From Ruditapes philippinarum (taxonomy: Eukaryota): 64,000 bases of DNA. Under the pieces are notes generated by a model, which worked only from the letters and a program-made list of their open reading frames with translations, was not told where the DNA came from and searched no databases. Positions within the stretch are counted from its first letter, which is position 1, and the number at the start of each line of letters is the position of its first letter. The stretch spans positions 1 to 64,000 of the forward strand of contig NW_026867059.1 in assembly GCF_026571515.1 (NCBI RefSeq), written 5' to 3'. Of the stretch, positions 27,020 to 39,600 are shown in pieces. The translations under genes were made by a program, and so were the position numbers.

Positions 27020-27292
27020 CCGGTTGCCCATATGGGCGAGTCCTCCAGAAGAGTATTAGTCATTTTATTTTTTTGGAGGATAGTGCAATTACAGATACAG
27101 AAAGATGCCCCAATTCCAGAAGCTTCTCCTGGTTCTTTAGCGTGCCAAGTGTTTAAGCACCCATACACGGGACCTCGTTTAAAGTCTCATCCGAAAGACT
27201 GATTAGTAATTTTTAGTTGGCCAGCCCGGGAATCGAACCCACAATGTCGAGATTACAAATCTCGCGCTCTAACCGATTGAGCTATGCGGGCT
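27020..27292 (-). mobile_element. tRNA-derived SINE with tRNA-Thr(TGT)-like head and Deu/Nin-type core
   Basis: Head 27219-27291 has D-arm GCTC/GAGC, anticodon stem CGAGA/TCTCG with loop TTTGTAA, and GGTTCGATT B-box, but imperfect acceptor and T stems. It is followed by gtctttcggatgagac...aacgaggtcccgtgt...gcacgctaaagaacc, which resembles the Deu/Nin SINE domain. Confidence 0.7.
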
Positions 27293-27581
27293 GGTAGAAA
27301 AATGTATGAAGTTTTTGTGTGTTTTAAGTTTGTTTATACTCGGCGCCGGAATCAATCATACGTTTGCGGCTGTCATCGTCCTGGCCGGTCCGCATCTGAT
27401 ACATAACAGGGGGCGTCTTTTTTCATGCTGATCTGTCCGCAGATCTGTGTTTTTCGTATGTAGGTGGTATATAGCAGCAGCAGCAGACGATTACACCAAG
27501 GCACCCTTCTAAACGACTCTCAGTAGGACCACACCATTCGAGAAAGTCAGAACAGTTTGACAAATCATCCCTGGTACTTAA

Positions 27582-28207
27582 CCTTTTACCCCATGAGCAT
27601 ATTGTGAAAAATGGCAGTTTTCATTGAAAAGCCTCCTGTTACAAGTTCCAACTGCTATAAAACTATGAAAAATGCTTCAATACTGATGAAACTTGGCACA
27701 TATGTTGACTGAACAACCATAACCTCTGTAACACTATGCTCAATCTTAAATTTCCTGTTACCATGGCAACGGGGGGAAGTCTCAAAAGTGCGAAAAATCA
27801 CTATTTTGCATTATTTTTTTCCATCAAAACTTATTTCAAAGTGCTGCAACTTCTCAATGCAATAAGATAGAGTAAAAGGCTTTTCAGCGTTGGTTACACG
27901 TCACCTTAAGATCGACCTGAGGCCATTTTTAGCCTGTCACATGTCCAAAATTTTCTTGGCGATAAGGGGGACTACCGCCCCCCTTCAAACCCCAAAAACA
28001 GAAGGGGGCACATCCCCCTTCTGGCAACCCCCTGATGTATCATTTTGATGGAGGGCCGCGCCGAAAAAGTGGTCTCTTTTTTAACAACATTTCTCAAACG
28101 AAAACAAGTGTTTGGGCCTAAATAGGGCATTTTTTTCACTGTTTGAGGCCTCAAAAAAGGGGGAGGGGACAAAAAGCCGTCGAAACACGTCTATATGAGG
28201 GAAAAGG
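27582..28207. mobile_element. Non-autonomous piggyBac-like element
   Basis: TTAA on both sides; TIRs CCTTTTACCCCAT / ATGAGGGAAAAGG; body homologous to 38332-38954 and 39085-39712. Confidence 0.8.
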
Positions 28208-28635
28208 TTAATATCACATGACCATGACGATTTCCTTCTTCGCGACGTCCTTGCCTCTGGATAGATTTGGAGAAGGCATGACAATTAACACGTACACTGC
28301 TTTTATTACATGTTTTAACTGCTAGAAACACAAAAGTAACGATCTATGGCCTAGCCGGATGTCTCTATTGTATTCAAGATGGGTTTTTATTTCCTTCTTT
28401 TAAAAAAGTGATTTTTTTATTGTGTAACAATATAACAAAACAGGAAATATATAATCAAGGAAAATATCAGTTTGTAAAGGATCTTAATGAATGAATAAAC
28501 ACAATTATCTAAGTCCTTAAATGTTAAAGTGTTACAGTGACAGTATCTACAACTCACATTTCAGATCATTTATGTTCCTCAAAAATATTCCTAGCAGTTC
28601 AAGTGTTTTCACTTATTCTCACCATTACTCTACAA

Positions 28636-28822
28636 GGGGAGCGGTGGCCTAGTGGTTAAGATGTCTGCCTCTCAACCCAGAGATCATGGGTACGAGCCCT
28701 ACTCTGGTCACGACCATTTTTCTTCGTATGACACCAGTACAGGTTGGTTCCAGGAAGCGCTCTTAAAAGTGATTAATATAAGTTGTAAGAACTTGTAATG
28801 CAATCGAGCTAAAATAAATATG
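28636..28822 (+). mobile_element. tRNA-derived SINE
   Basis: A-box gtggcctagtggttaag, degenerate B-box gggtacgagccc, tail ...caatcgagctaaaataaat. A related tail lies on the minus strand at about 55510-55720. Confidence 0.7.
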
Positions 28823-28936
28823 TTTAAACCAATACCCTTTCAAGTTGTCAGCCCTTATTTTTAATTTATTTTATGAAATATTTATGTCTTAATCATATAC
28901 AATGATGGTGTTCCACAATAAATCTACCTCGGTGAA

Positions 28937-30541
28937 AACAAGAGGGCCATGATGGCCCTGAGGTCGCTCACCTGTATTTAGGCCCCCAACCCCCCCCCCC
29001 CCCCCCAACGTTGCAGGGCCAATTTAACCAAAGGGCTTTTATTTGCACAAACTTGGTAGACACCCATAAGAAGATGTTTCATGCTAAACATCTAAGCTCT
29101 AGCTCATTGGGCTTTTTAAAAGAAGATTTTTTTTTAAGTTTTTACTATACACATATAGTTAAAAACAATGACACCCCTGGGGCCGGGCCAATTTTGACCC
29201 CAGGGCTTTTATTAGAACAAACTTTGTAGACACTTACTAGATGATGTTTCATGCTTAATATCTAAACTCTAGCTATTTGGGTTTTTTCAAAGAAGATTTG
29301 AAGTTTTTGCTTTACACATATAAAGAAAATCAATGACTCCCGGGGCGGGGCCAATTTTGACCCCAGGTCTTTTATTTGAACAAACTTTGTAGACACTCAC
29401 TAAAAGATGTTTCATGCTTAATATCTTAACTCTAGCTACTTGAGTTTTTTCAAAGAAGAGTTTTTAAGTTTTAGCTATACACAGATAAGGAAAATCAATG
29501 ATCCCCAGGGCGGTGCCAATTTTGACCCCAGGGCTTTTATTTGAACAAACTTGGTAGACACCTATTAGAACATGTTTGATGCTAAATATCTTAGTCATAG
29601 CTCTTTGAGTTCTTTAAAAGAAATTTTTTTAAGTTTTTACTATATGCATATACCGGTAGGGAAAATCAATGACCCCCCGGGGCGGGGCCAATTTTGACCC
29701 CCAGGGCTTTTATTTGAACAAACTTGGTAGACACTTATTAGAACATGTTTCATGCTAAATATCTTAGCTCTAACTCTTTTGGTTCTTTGAAAGAAGATTT
29801 TTTAAGTTTTTACTATATGCATATAGGGTTAATCAATGACCCCCTGGGGCGGGGCCAATTTTGACCCCAGGGCTTTTATTTGAACAAACTTGGTAGGCAC
29901 CTATTAGAAGATGTTTGATGCTCAATATCTTAGCCATAGCTCTTTGAGTTCTTTAAAAGAAGATTTTTTAAGTTTTTACTATATGCATATAGGGAAAATC
30001 AATGACCCCCCAGGACGGGGCCAATTTTGACCCCAGGGCTTTTATTTGAACAAACTTGGTAGACACCGATTAGAACATGTTTCATGCTAAATATCTTAGC
30101 TTTAGCTCTTTGGGTTCTTTAAAAGAAGATTTTTTAAGTTTTTATTATATGCATATAGGGAAAATCAATGACCCCCCGGGGCGGGACCAATTTTGACCCC
30201 ATGGCTTTTATTTGAACAAACTTGGTAGACACTCACTAGAAGATGTTTCATGCCAAATATCTAAGCTCTAGCTCTTATGGTTTTTTAAAAGAAGATATTT
30301 AAAGTTTTTTCTTTCGGTTGCCATGGCAACCAGAGTTCTGCATGGAATTAAATTCTTTGAACAATTTTTAAAGGTGACCACCAAAGGAACATTCCTGTGA
30401 AGTTTGGATGAAATTGGCTTAGTGGTTTCTGAGGAGATGTCATTTAAAGTAAAAGTTTACGGACGGACGCCGGACGGACGGACGCCGGACGAAAAGCGAT
30501 CACAAAAGCTCACTCTGTCACTTTGTGACAGGTGAGCTAAT
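28937..30541 (+). mobile_element. Helentron-associated non-autonomous element (HINE/DINE-1/pearl-like) with about 8 internal tandem repeats of about 166 bp
   Basis: 5' aacaagagggccatgatggccct hairpin + gctcacctg; repeats marked by ccaattttgacccc (29188, 29352, 29516, 29688, 29854, 30021, 30187); gttgccatggcaac palindrome; (GGAC)n microsatellite; 3' gctcac...tgtcactttgtgaca ggtgagctaa. Confidence 0.85.
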
Positions 30542-31764
30542 AAAAACAATTGGGCAACGCCTTCAAAAGTTACACAGAGGTCAGATCCTAGAGGTCAAAC
30601 TACTACCGCACTGCGTTTGGGATTAAGCTGCTCTCGCTTTTACTAACAAGCTGCCGATGTCCTGAATGAAGTTTGCAAAAAGGGAACGTCTACAAAGGAA
30701 GCAGGGACAAGGAAGAGAAGTCCCTAGTACCTGTGACGGCTTGAAAGACGAGCATGTTGCTTGGCACAAACTGCCCTTATTAGGGTTACCTTCTTCATTA
30801 TTGCCACAGGTTACTGTACGTTCTAGGTCTCATTGGCCGCCGTACAGTATAACCTTTTCGGGTCAAAATTCATCTCGTTGGCTAAATACTCAGTAGAAAT
30901 TACCACGAAAGTAAATTATTACCACTTTGTGCTTCAAAATTATTTATTTAAGGGCTTTAGTGGTGGTATGCTCGATAGCGGAGACTATTTTTTTTCAGCT
31001 GTAACAATCGGATGGACCTTTATTTAACATACATATGAGATGTTTCAAGATTTCATGTTTAGCTCCTGTGACCTACTTGAACACCAGACTGAAACCATTT
31101 ATATGACTTTTGTAGATGACCACCAAAGGTTTATACCTGTGAAGTTTGGTCAAAATCTACAAGTAATTCAAGAGATGTCTTTAAAGAAATTGTGGATAAC
31201 GACAGATGATGAACGACTGCAACAGAAACACTACTATCACAAAAGCTTAAGCAGGAAAATTTCAATGTCAGAACAGGTTTCATGATGCTATTTATATGTT
31301 ACAACATAGAAAATATTGTTTATTCCATTTTAATACGACTATAGCTGCTTGTTTCAATTACATGAACACATTTGTGACAATCCACGATTAAAAACATTTC
31401 TAACAAAGGTAACATTTGTATATTATTACATAGTATAATAACTGGTTTCTAAACTTGTTGATTTTAATTTTAACTGTTGTTTTTATGATGATTGACAAAT
31501 ACAGGAAAAGGTAAGAAAAATAGAATAAATAAAGTACAAACAATTGCCCTAGCAATGTGGACAGCTGGGATGTACACAACATGAACAAAGCATTTTTGCA
31601 CACTATCAGTGTGTAACATACACCATATATATAGACATATGATTTATCTTTATGTACCAATGTATAATTACCTCGATAGTATTTAATATTACACATAACA
31701 ACAAATCACGAAAGAATTATACATGTATGTTGATAGCAAGTGTAAGATATACATGATCCGATAT

Positions 31765-31769
<5 letters not shown>

Positions 31770-31816
<47 letters not shown>
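31770..31816. repeat. (AT)n microsatellite
   Basis: Direct inspection. Confidence 0.95.
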
Positions 31817-31817
<1 letters not shown>

Positions 31818-32490
31818 CAGATAACAAAATGTTCTAATAAAAAAAATCAAATTCTTCATCATACAAATGGTCATTCTAAATCACTTAGAACTTTATCAAC
31901 ATTTTTTCCAGCAGCATTTTATAAGAGTATCAAAGTGATACATTTCTGCTGTGGTTTTTATCAATATTGAATATTTAAAATACTAATGGAAAATATGCCC
32001 ATTGTAGACCTATACACTTTAAAATTCCAATAGCAGTTTTAACATATAACTGTTATGTGATCAAATTTGATGAGATTGAATTGTTCGTCTTAATATGTGT
32101 AAAGCTTTATATCTGACATAATTATATAAAAAATTTCTTATTGAATTTTGAAAAAATAAAGCAAAACTTTCAAAATACTTTTTACAAAACAAAATATGCT
32201 TACAAAATGTTGCATGCAAAATATTATTTCTAAATGGTTAAAACCCAACTTAAAATAGCAGCATAATAATTTGTCCCCAGAACATTTTTTTCTGTTTATA
32301 CAATATGCATGTATGTTAAATAACAGGGTCATTCTACATGACATCTCTTTGATGTATTTTTATTTTTTTAGCATGTTAGTCTATTTCAATAGACAATGCA
32401 TTATACTCTTAAATTATACAGATCCGCAAATATAGGAAAGACATTATTTACAATAACAGTATGCAATCTACGGTAAACTGTAACTTAATT

Positions 32491-32695
32491 TGAGCCGCGT
32501 CACGACAAAACCAACATAGTACGTTTGCGACCAGCATGGATCCAGACTAGCCTGCGCATCCGCGCAGTCTGATCAGGATCCATGCTGTTCGTTATCAGTT
32601 TTTCTACTTGTAATAGGGTTGGTAAGCGAACAGCATGTATCCTGATCCATGCTGGTCCCAAACGCACTATGTTGGTTTTGTCGTGACGTGGCTCA
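32491..32695. mobile_element. TGAGCCGCG MITE family copy
   Basis: TIRs tgagccgcgtcacgacaaaacc / ggttttgtcgtgacgtggctca. Confidence 0.85.
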
Positions 32696-33218
32696 TTTAA
32701 TGTACTCAGTTTCAATTGATTGACAATTCTACAAGCAAAGCAAAAGCAACCAATAACATATCTTAATAACAACATTAAATACAATATAAAAGTGTTTAAA
32801 AACAACATTCTAAATTTGAAACAAATCCAGTCAAGCTGAGAGCTGCCATTTACATTTGTCTTTTCTTAATAACTCTAAATTTCCATCTCCAACTCTTTGA
32901 AATACAATTAATACATATTCAGTAAAGGTAGCAAACTTTGTACAAAGCATATTTGGACTTCCATACAAAATTCTAAATCCCTATTGATGAACTAATTGCC
33001 AAAAAGCAAAAGATTGGAGCAAATAAGTAACAGTAACAAAAAGCAGTAGCAGGACAACAATAATACCAAGCTTGTAAGAAATAATCAAAATAATAAAAAA
33101 ATTGTCTAAACTGGCCTTTAAAAAAAAATGCCAAAACCATTATTTTTGTAAATGGTTAAACATAGTGCATTTAAAATGCTAAAAAAACGCACAAGCTCAT
33201 ATTTTTCACTTTTTTTAT

Positions 33219-33544
33219 TGTCACAGTTCAAAACTGTTCACTATTTAATAAAAAAATATGGAAGCGGGCAAAAAGCTCAGTCTGTAAAGCCGCAAAACGG
33301 TATTCAAAGGGTCCAAGGTTCAAGTCCCAATCAGGCTGCACATTTTTCTCGCCCTGTAACATTTGGCACCTGACGTGGGGCAATAACTGCATAAATCTCT
33401 AAGTTCAATTAGCGCAAGTTTGTTACTCTTAAGAAATTCAAAAACAAATTTCAATATAGCAGGGGGAGTATGTCACCGGTCAAAATTGTTCACTTTCCAG
33501 GTTCAAGTCCCAGTCAGGCTGCATATTTTCCTCCCCCTGTAACA
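33219..33544 (+). mobile_element. Miniature LTR retroelement (terminal-repeat retrotransposon in miniature) with tRNA-like sequence in its LTRs
   Basis: LTR1 tgtcac...tgtaaca (33219-33361); PBS-like tttggcacctgacgtggggc; about 110 bp internal region; PPT agcagggggagta; internally deleted LTR2 tgtcac...tgtaaca (33470-33544). Confidence 0.75.
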
Positions 33545-33623
33545 ATTCAAATTATTAAAAATTTCAACATGAAAAGAGTCACAAGTAAGATCCTCTATGT
33601 AAAAATTTTACAATGCCCACCAA

Positions 33624-36600
33624 TTATTGTTTCTCATTTAACTCGTCAATACTATCCTTCAGATCATTAACAGACTGTGTTAAAGCTTTCAATGTCTTAA
33701 TACAATCCTTCATGACCACTGTCTGTTCATATACAAGCTGATGGACATCCATTTCTGTCTTCTCTGAAATATATAATACAAATAACTCAGGTTAACAGAT
33801 ACATAATACAAATAACTCCGGTTAACAGATTAAATTTTATACAAGGTGTATTTCAGGCATGCATACAGGATTCTGTTTTACCACAGGAGGTTGGAAAATA
33901 TATGTCAAGGGGAAAACCGAATTCAAAGGAGGTATAGGCAGTTTACTAGTTAACTGTTTTCCAGAGGAAGTTATGAGTAAAATTTTCACTAAAATATCTA
34001 AGTTGATAATTAAATCTCATAGCTGTAAGAGATTCTTGCCAAATCCCCATGGGTAGATAAAAGACCTAACCTTATCTGGATCCACAGACTGATTTAATTA
34101 GAAGAACTACCAGTACATATAGTTAAGATAATGTCAGTTTGATTGAAGTGTACTGTGTATTTAAAATTACTACATACATTCTTCTAAACTGCACTGGATA
34201 TGAATAATGTTTGTCATTATTTGTTTTATATTTTGCTCCAATTAAATGTGTCAGTGACATACAGCCAAGTAAATTTCATCATAAATCTGAGCATAAGTCT
34301 GTCAACAGGTAAGTAACTTATCTTTCAATCAATTCAAAACATACAGAGCAGACACAAATGTTTAAAATTAATAAATAAAGATCTAATGTGACCTTGAACC
34401 AAGGGGGCCCAAACCTGCCCTCTGCATATCAACTCATTAAGGTTAACATTACTGCCAAGACACTTCAGTTTCCTTCTATCAGTATAAAAGATACAGAGTG
34501 AACACAAAATTTACTAATGGATGGATAGATTCACAGGCACATACTGATAACAGTATAAGCTGAAATTCTTTCTCACCAAGGGAATTATTCAAGAAAAAAA
34601 ATCTCTGTCTGAAGAGTATGTAACTATATCAAAAAAGTTTGGTATAATTAAAGATATTCATCAAGATTCTGTATCAGAACAGGGTTACATATATTGAATG
34701 AGTGTAGTTTCAATAGTAAATTTACTGAACAAGTTGAATAAAATTATATTATGCTAGCCTTTGGCCAGCAAAATATTATTTCATTCAACCAGTTCAATAA
34801 ATTCAGTAATGAACCTACACAAATATAATATTCTATTTATCACATACCCAAAATAAAGACTGTTTAAAGTGCACACAAATCATTTTTAATTGACGCGCAT
34901 ATAGTGTAACACTTACATTTAGTGCATCTTTGCACCTCTTTACACTATGCTTGTATAACGAAAATAAAACACATCAAAATATATGCACGGCCTTGCAAAA
35001 CCATTTATACGGAGTCGCAAAATCGGCACGGGCGTGTGATAGATAAGATTATTGTTAAGAAATAAAACACTTACCGTCATCTGAAGGGTTTAGATATATT
35101 GCACAAGTATTGGTCACTTTCCTTGGTCGTCCTCTCCTTCTCTTTGGAGCATAATCTGAACTAAAACTACCATCACTTGATGAACTAGTTGATCTCTGAC
35201 AAAATAACATAAAATTTTCATGAAGAAATTTTACTTGAATAAATATTGTACTTTGTATTTTACTTGGTTGTTCATGGTAGGTGAGTAACAATTTAGACAT
35301 TGATTTTGAAGGTTATGTAAAGGTTTGTTGAAGATTATATGCTATTTGAATTATAGATACATGTATTATACTTGTATATCTAACAGTATTATTTACTGTG
35401 TACACCAGTGGTTAAAAACGCCATTTCATAACACCGCCCACCCCCAAGTTAGAAAAGTCACATAAGTCACATCCTTTAAATGATGTCATTTATTAATGAA
35501 TTGCATTCTAAAGATGATGCCATTTTGCCATAATGAATGAGAGAAGAAAATAGAGAGATACAAAAATATTCCTTTCATGATTTATATGTAATATTCAAGA
35601 AAAAGAATCAAACACTGGCTGTCATCACAGATGGGAATATTAAGTTCTTGGGTAAATGTTTAATTGAAACTAAGGAGAGCCTTGTAACCACCATGAGCAG
35701 TTACCCTTGTGCTAGGTATTCTTTTAATCTTTACATACAATAAGGTATAAATCTAGTTATAACAAGCAATTATCATAGTATTGCAAGCAATCCATAAGTC
35801 CCCTACCGGTTAAAATATTATAGAAGTTGGAGTGAAAAATACCAATATCTCGAAAAAAAAATCTACGTTCAAGAGGGAGATAATTCTGGAAATAGTCTTG
35901 CTTGAGTATTTAACCTTCTCAAAAATGTTGAGTGATAATAAGAAACATATATATGAAGTTTGAAGTGGAAACATTAGTAAATAAAGAAGTTATTTAAAAA
36001 AGGCAACTTTTTTTTTCATAAAGATTCTAAGTTCAAGGGAGGTAATACTGATAATTTTTGTGCTAGAGTTGTAAACCTTGTCACATATGATGTGGTTGAT
36101 GACTAGAAACTTATATTTAAAGTTTGAAGTAAACACATTAAGAAATAAAGAACTTATAGTGAAAAAGCTGAAAAAATTAAATCAGAAATTTTGAAATTCA
36201 GGCTATTTGTTGCCATAGCAACCAGAATTTTCAACATAGGAAGAAAAGAAAAAGATGTGCATAATCTCCAGACTGCCATCTACCCATATTTCAAGTTTCA
36301 TAAAAATATTTTTAGTACTTTTTGAGTAATCATTGGATCCAGTTTATGTGTTAAATTTGCCATATTTTCAGATTATTTGTTGCCATAGCAACCAGAATTT
36401 TCAACATAGGAAGAAAAAAAAGACGTGCAGATTATGATAATCTCCATACTGCCATCTATCCATATATCAAGTTTCATAAAAATATTTTCAGTACTTTTTG
36501 CGTTATCGCGGGATCCAGTTTTGTGGACGGACTGACAGACAGACGGACGGACAGACGGACGGAGGGTAAACCTAAAGTCCCCTCCGGTTAAACCGGTAGG

Positions 36601-39600
36601 GGACTAATAACATGATAAAACAAGAATTCCACTCTTTGTTTTAAAATTTTATTGCTGAATTTCTAGAATGAACTTTCCTAATTTTGATTTGAAACTGTCC
36701 AGTGATAATGTGTAGGATTTTTAAATCAAAATCAAAGAATTATGTAAAGGTTGGTCAAACTGCAAGAATATGCAGGATGTCCTGGCCTAATGAAATGGAA
36801 GCATTCTAATGACATAACTTTGTTTCTATCATAGCCCTTTCTTTTCTCTTAAAGCTGATATGGAAAAAGAAGAACCAGGTGTTTTAAATAACTAAGTATG
36901 AAAATTTAATATATATTAGGGATGTCATCTGGAGCTAAAACGGCCATCCGGATATCCGAATCAAACATCCGGATACATCCGGTGTTCGGATCGTTGTTAT
37001 ATTCTTAGTTGGCTGATATGACGTAAACATTTTTTCGCTACCTTTTTCAAAGTGTTGTTGTTCATTTCACTTCCCTTTTAATTGAATGTTATGTGTCAAA
37101 AAATTTTCATTATTGGTTTTATTTTTTCTATATACAATATGACTGTTATCGATAAATTTAGTGCATGTGGTACTTAATTACGATTTCAAATGAAATGAAA
37201 ATGGAATTCATCGCCGATTGTCTCAATTCCTCAATTAGTGCTATAATACACAATAACACAGTAATAAACTGTCACTCACTCACATTTGTGAAAACAAAAT
37301 AACACCCGTAAAAATAAATATAATGTTTCCATTGTTCAATAACACGCATACAATTTACACACGATGACATTTGACAGGTGTGTAGCCGGCTTTTCAAAAG
37401 AATCTGCCAATCTTTGATGTTTACCAACATGTAGCCCTGGCTGTTTGATTCGAATCATCAAAGAAGTCGCTGAAACTTACATGAATTACACACATTTTAA
37501 GTGTTCATAAGTGAAAAAAACTGAAAAATTTGTTTTAAAAAAAATGCACATGTTAAGATTAATACTAAGGGAGAAAGTTTTTTTGTCGGATAATTATTGT
37601 ATCAATTCAAATAAAAGCTGTGATAATTAACATATTATTATTCGTAAGTGCATTTCTTGATTTGATTATTTTATTTCTGCAAATTTTTCATTTTCTCATC
37701 AAATAATAGCCTAATTAAATAATTACATTTGGATATAAAAATGTAACATCGTTGCCGATGACAATCACACGGGACTTAGAATTATCATCTTAAATCCTAC
37801 AAAACTTAAATTTGTTTGGTGTTTAATATATACATGTATTAACAATTGTGTCATACCTGACTCGTAATTATTGATTTTTTGTGGTCTGCAGAGATTATGA
37901 TGTGTATTGTCAAACTAAGGTACAATATACAATATGGTGTCAACACCATGTCTACGTCGATTATCTCAGCGCATGTTTTTTATCACATTTTCTCAATATT
38001 CTTAAATATTTTTTGCAAACATCCGGATTCGAAAATCTGCTCCGGACACCGAGTTGTGATCCGAATGTTCAGATATCCGGACTTCAAATGACATCCCTAA
38101 TATATATACATGTATACATAATGTCTATCAAGTGATATCTAGGAGAATTATTTATCTGTAGTTTATTTCAAGTTCTTTATATTTTTGGTTAGGTTTTAAA
38201 ATCATTATGACCTTTTTAAGGTCATATGGCAACTTTCCAGATTAAGTTGTGGAGGAAGGACTGTGGTGTCCCCCTCCACGCATTGTTTTCATCATACTGT
38301 TTGTGAGTTAGGTTGACAGCTCTAATATTAACCCATTGCTTCATGAGCATTTTGTGAAAAATGGCTGTTTTCATTGAAAAGTCTCCCGTTACAAGTTCAA
38401 ATTGCTATAATACTATAAAAACTGCTTCAACACTAATCAAACTTGGCACAAATGTTGACTGGACCATTGTCCTTGCAACAACATGCTATGACTTAAATTT
38501 TCTGTTACCATGGCAACGAGGGGACATCTCAAAATTGCCAAAAATCACTATTTTGCGTTGATTTTTTCCATCAAAATTGATTTCAAAGTGCTGCAACTTA
38601 TCAATGGATTGAGATAGAGTCAAATGCTTTTCAGCGTTGGTTACACGTTACCTTATGATCAATCTGGGGTCATTTACAGCCTCTCACAAGTCCAAAATTT
38701 TCTTGGCGATGAGGGGGACTCCGCCCCCCTTCAAACCCCCCAAAACAGAAGGGGGCACATCCCCCTTCTGGCAACCCCCTGATATATCTTTTGGTTGGGG
38801 GGCCGCGCCGAAAAAGAGGTCAATTTTTTTAACAACATTTCTCAAACAAAAACAAGTGTTTGGGGCCTAAATAAGGCATTTTTTCATCATTTGAGACAAC
38901 AAAAAGGGGGGGGGGTGAAAAAGGCGTTAAAAGGCGTGTATATGAAGTAATGGGTTAACTGAAAATGATGAAAATACTTGAAATTACCCTAAATCGCGTT
39001 TTTTTCAATGTTTTAAACATGGCCTGTCATATAAATTTGAAGAAAAAATTGTTGTTTTGTAGATTTTTTTACTTTTTTCATTAACCCATTGCTTCATGAG
39101 CATTTTGTGAAAAATGGCTGTTTTCAATTGGAAAAGTCTCCCGTTACAAGTTCAAATTGCTATAATACTATAAAAACTGCTTCAACACTAATCAAACTTG
39201 GCACAAATGTTGACTGGACCATTGTCCTTGCAACAACATGCTATGACTTAAATTTTCTGTTACCATGGCAACGAGGGGACATCTCAAAATTGCCAAAAAT
39301 CACTTATTTTGCGTTGATTTTTTTTCCATCAAAATTGATTTCAAAGTGCTGCAACTTATCAATGGATTGAGATAGAGTCAAATGCTTTTCAGCGTTGGTT
39401 ACACGTTAACCTTATGATCAATCTGGGGTCATTTACAGCCTCTCACAAGTCCAAAATTTTCTTGGCGATGAGGGGGACTCCGCCCCCCTTCAAACCCCCA
39501 AAACAGAAGGGGGCACATCCCCCTTCTGGCAACCCCTGATATATCTTTTGGTTGGGGGCCGCGCCGAAAAAGAGGTCAATTTTTTTAACAACATTTCTCA

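Noticed and set aside
27219-27291. Functional tRNA-Thr(TGT) gene
   Set aside because: Acceptor and T stems are mismatched, and it runs directly into a SINE core domain.
29000-30310. CRISPR-like array
   Set aside because: Eukaryotic context; the units are full tandem repeats without unique spacers, inside a HINE element.
38361-39370. Repeated short ORFs (...EKSPVTSSNCYNTIK...) as a gene family
   Set aside because: They lie within duplicated non-autonomous piggyBac-like MITEs; no transposase motifs.
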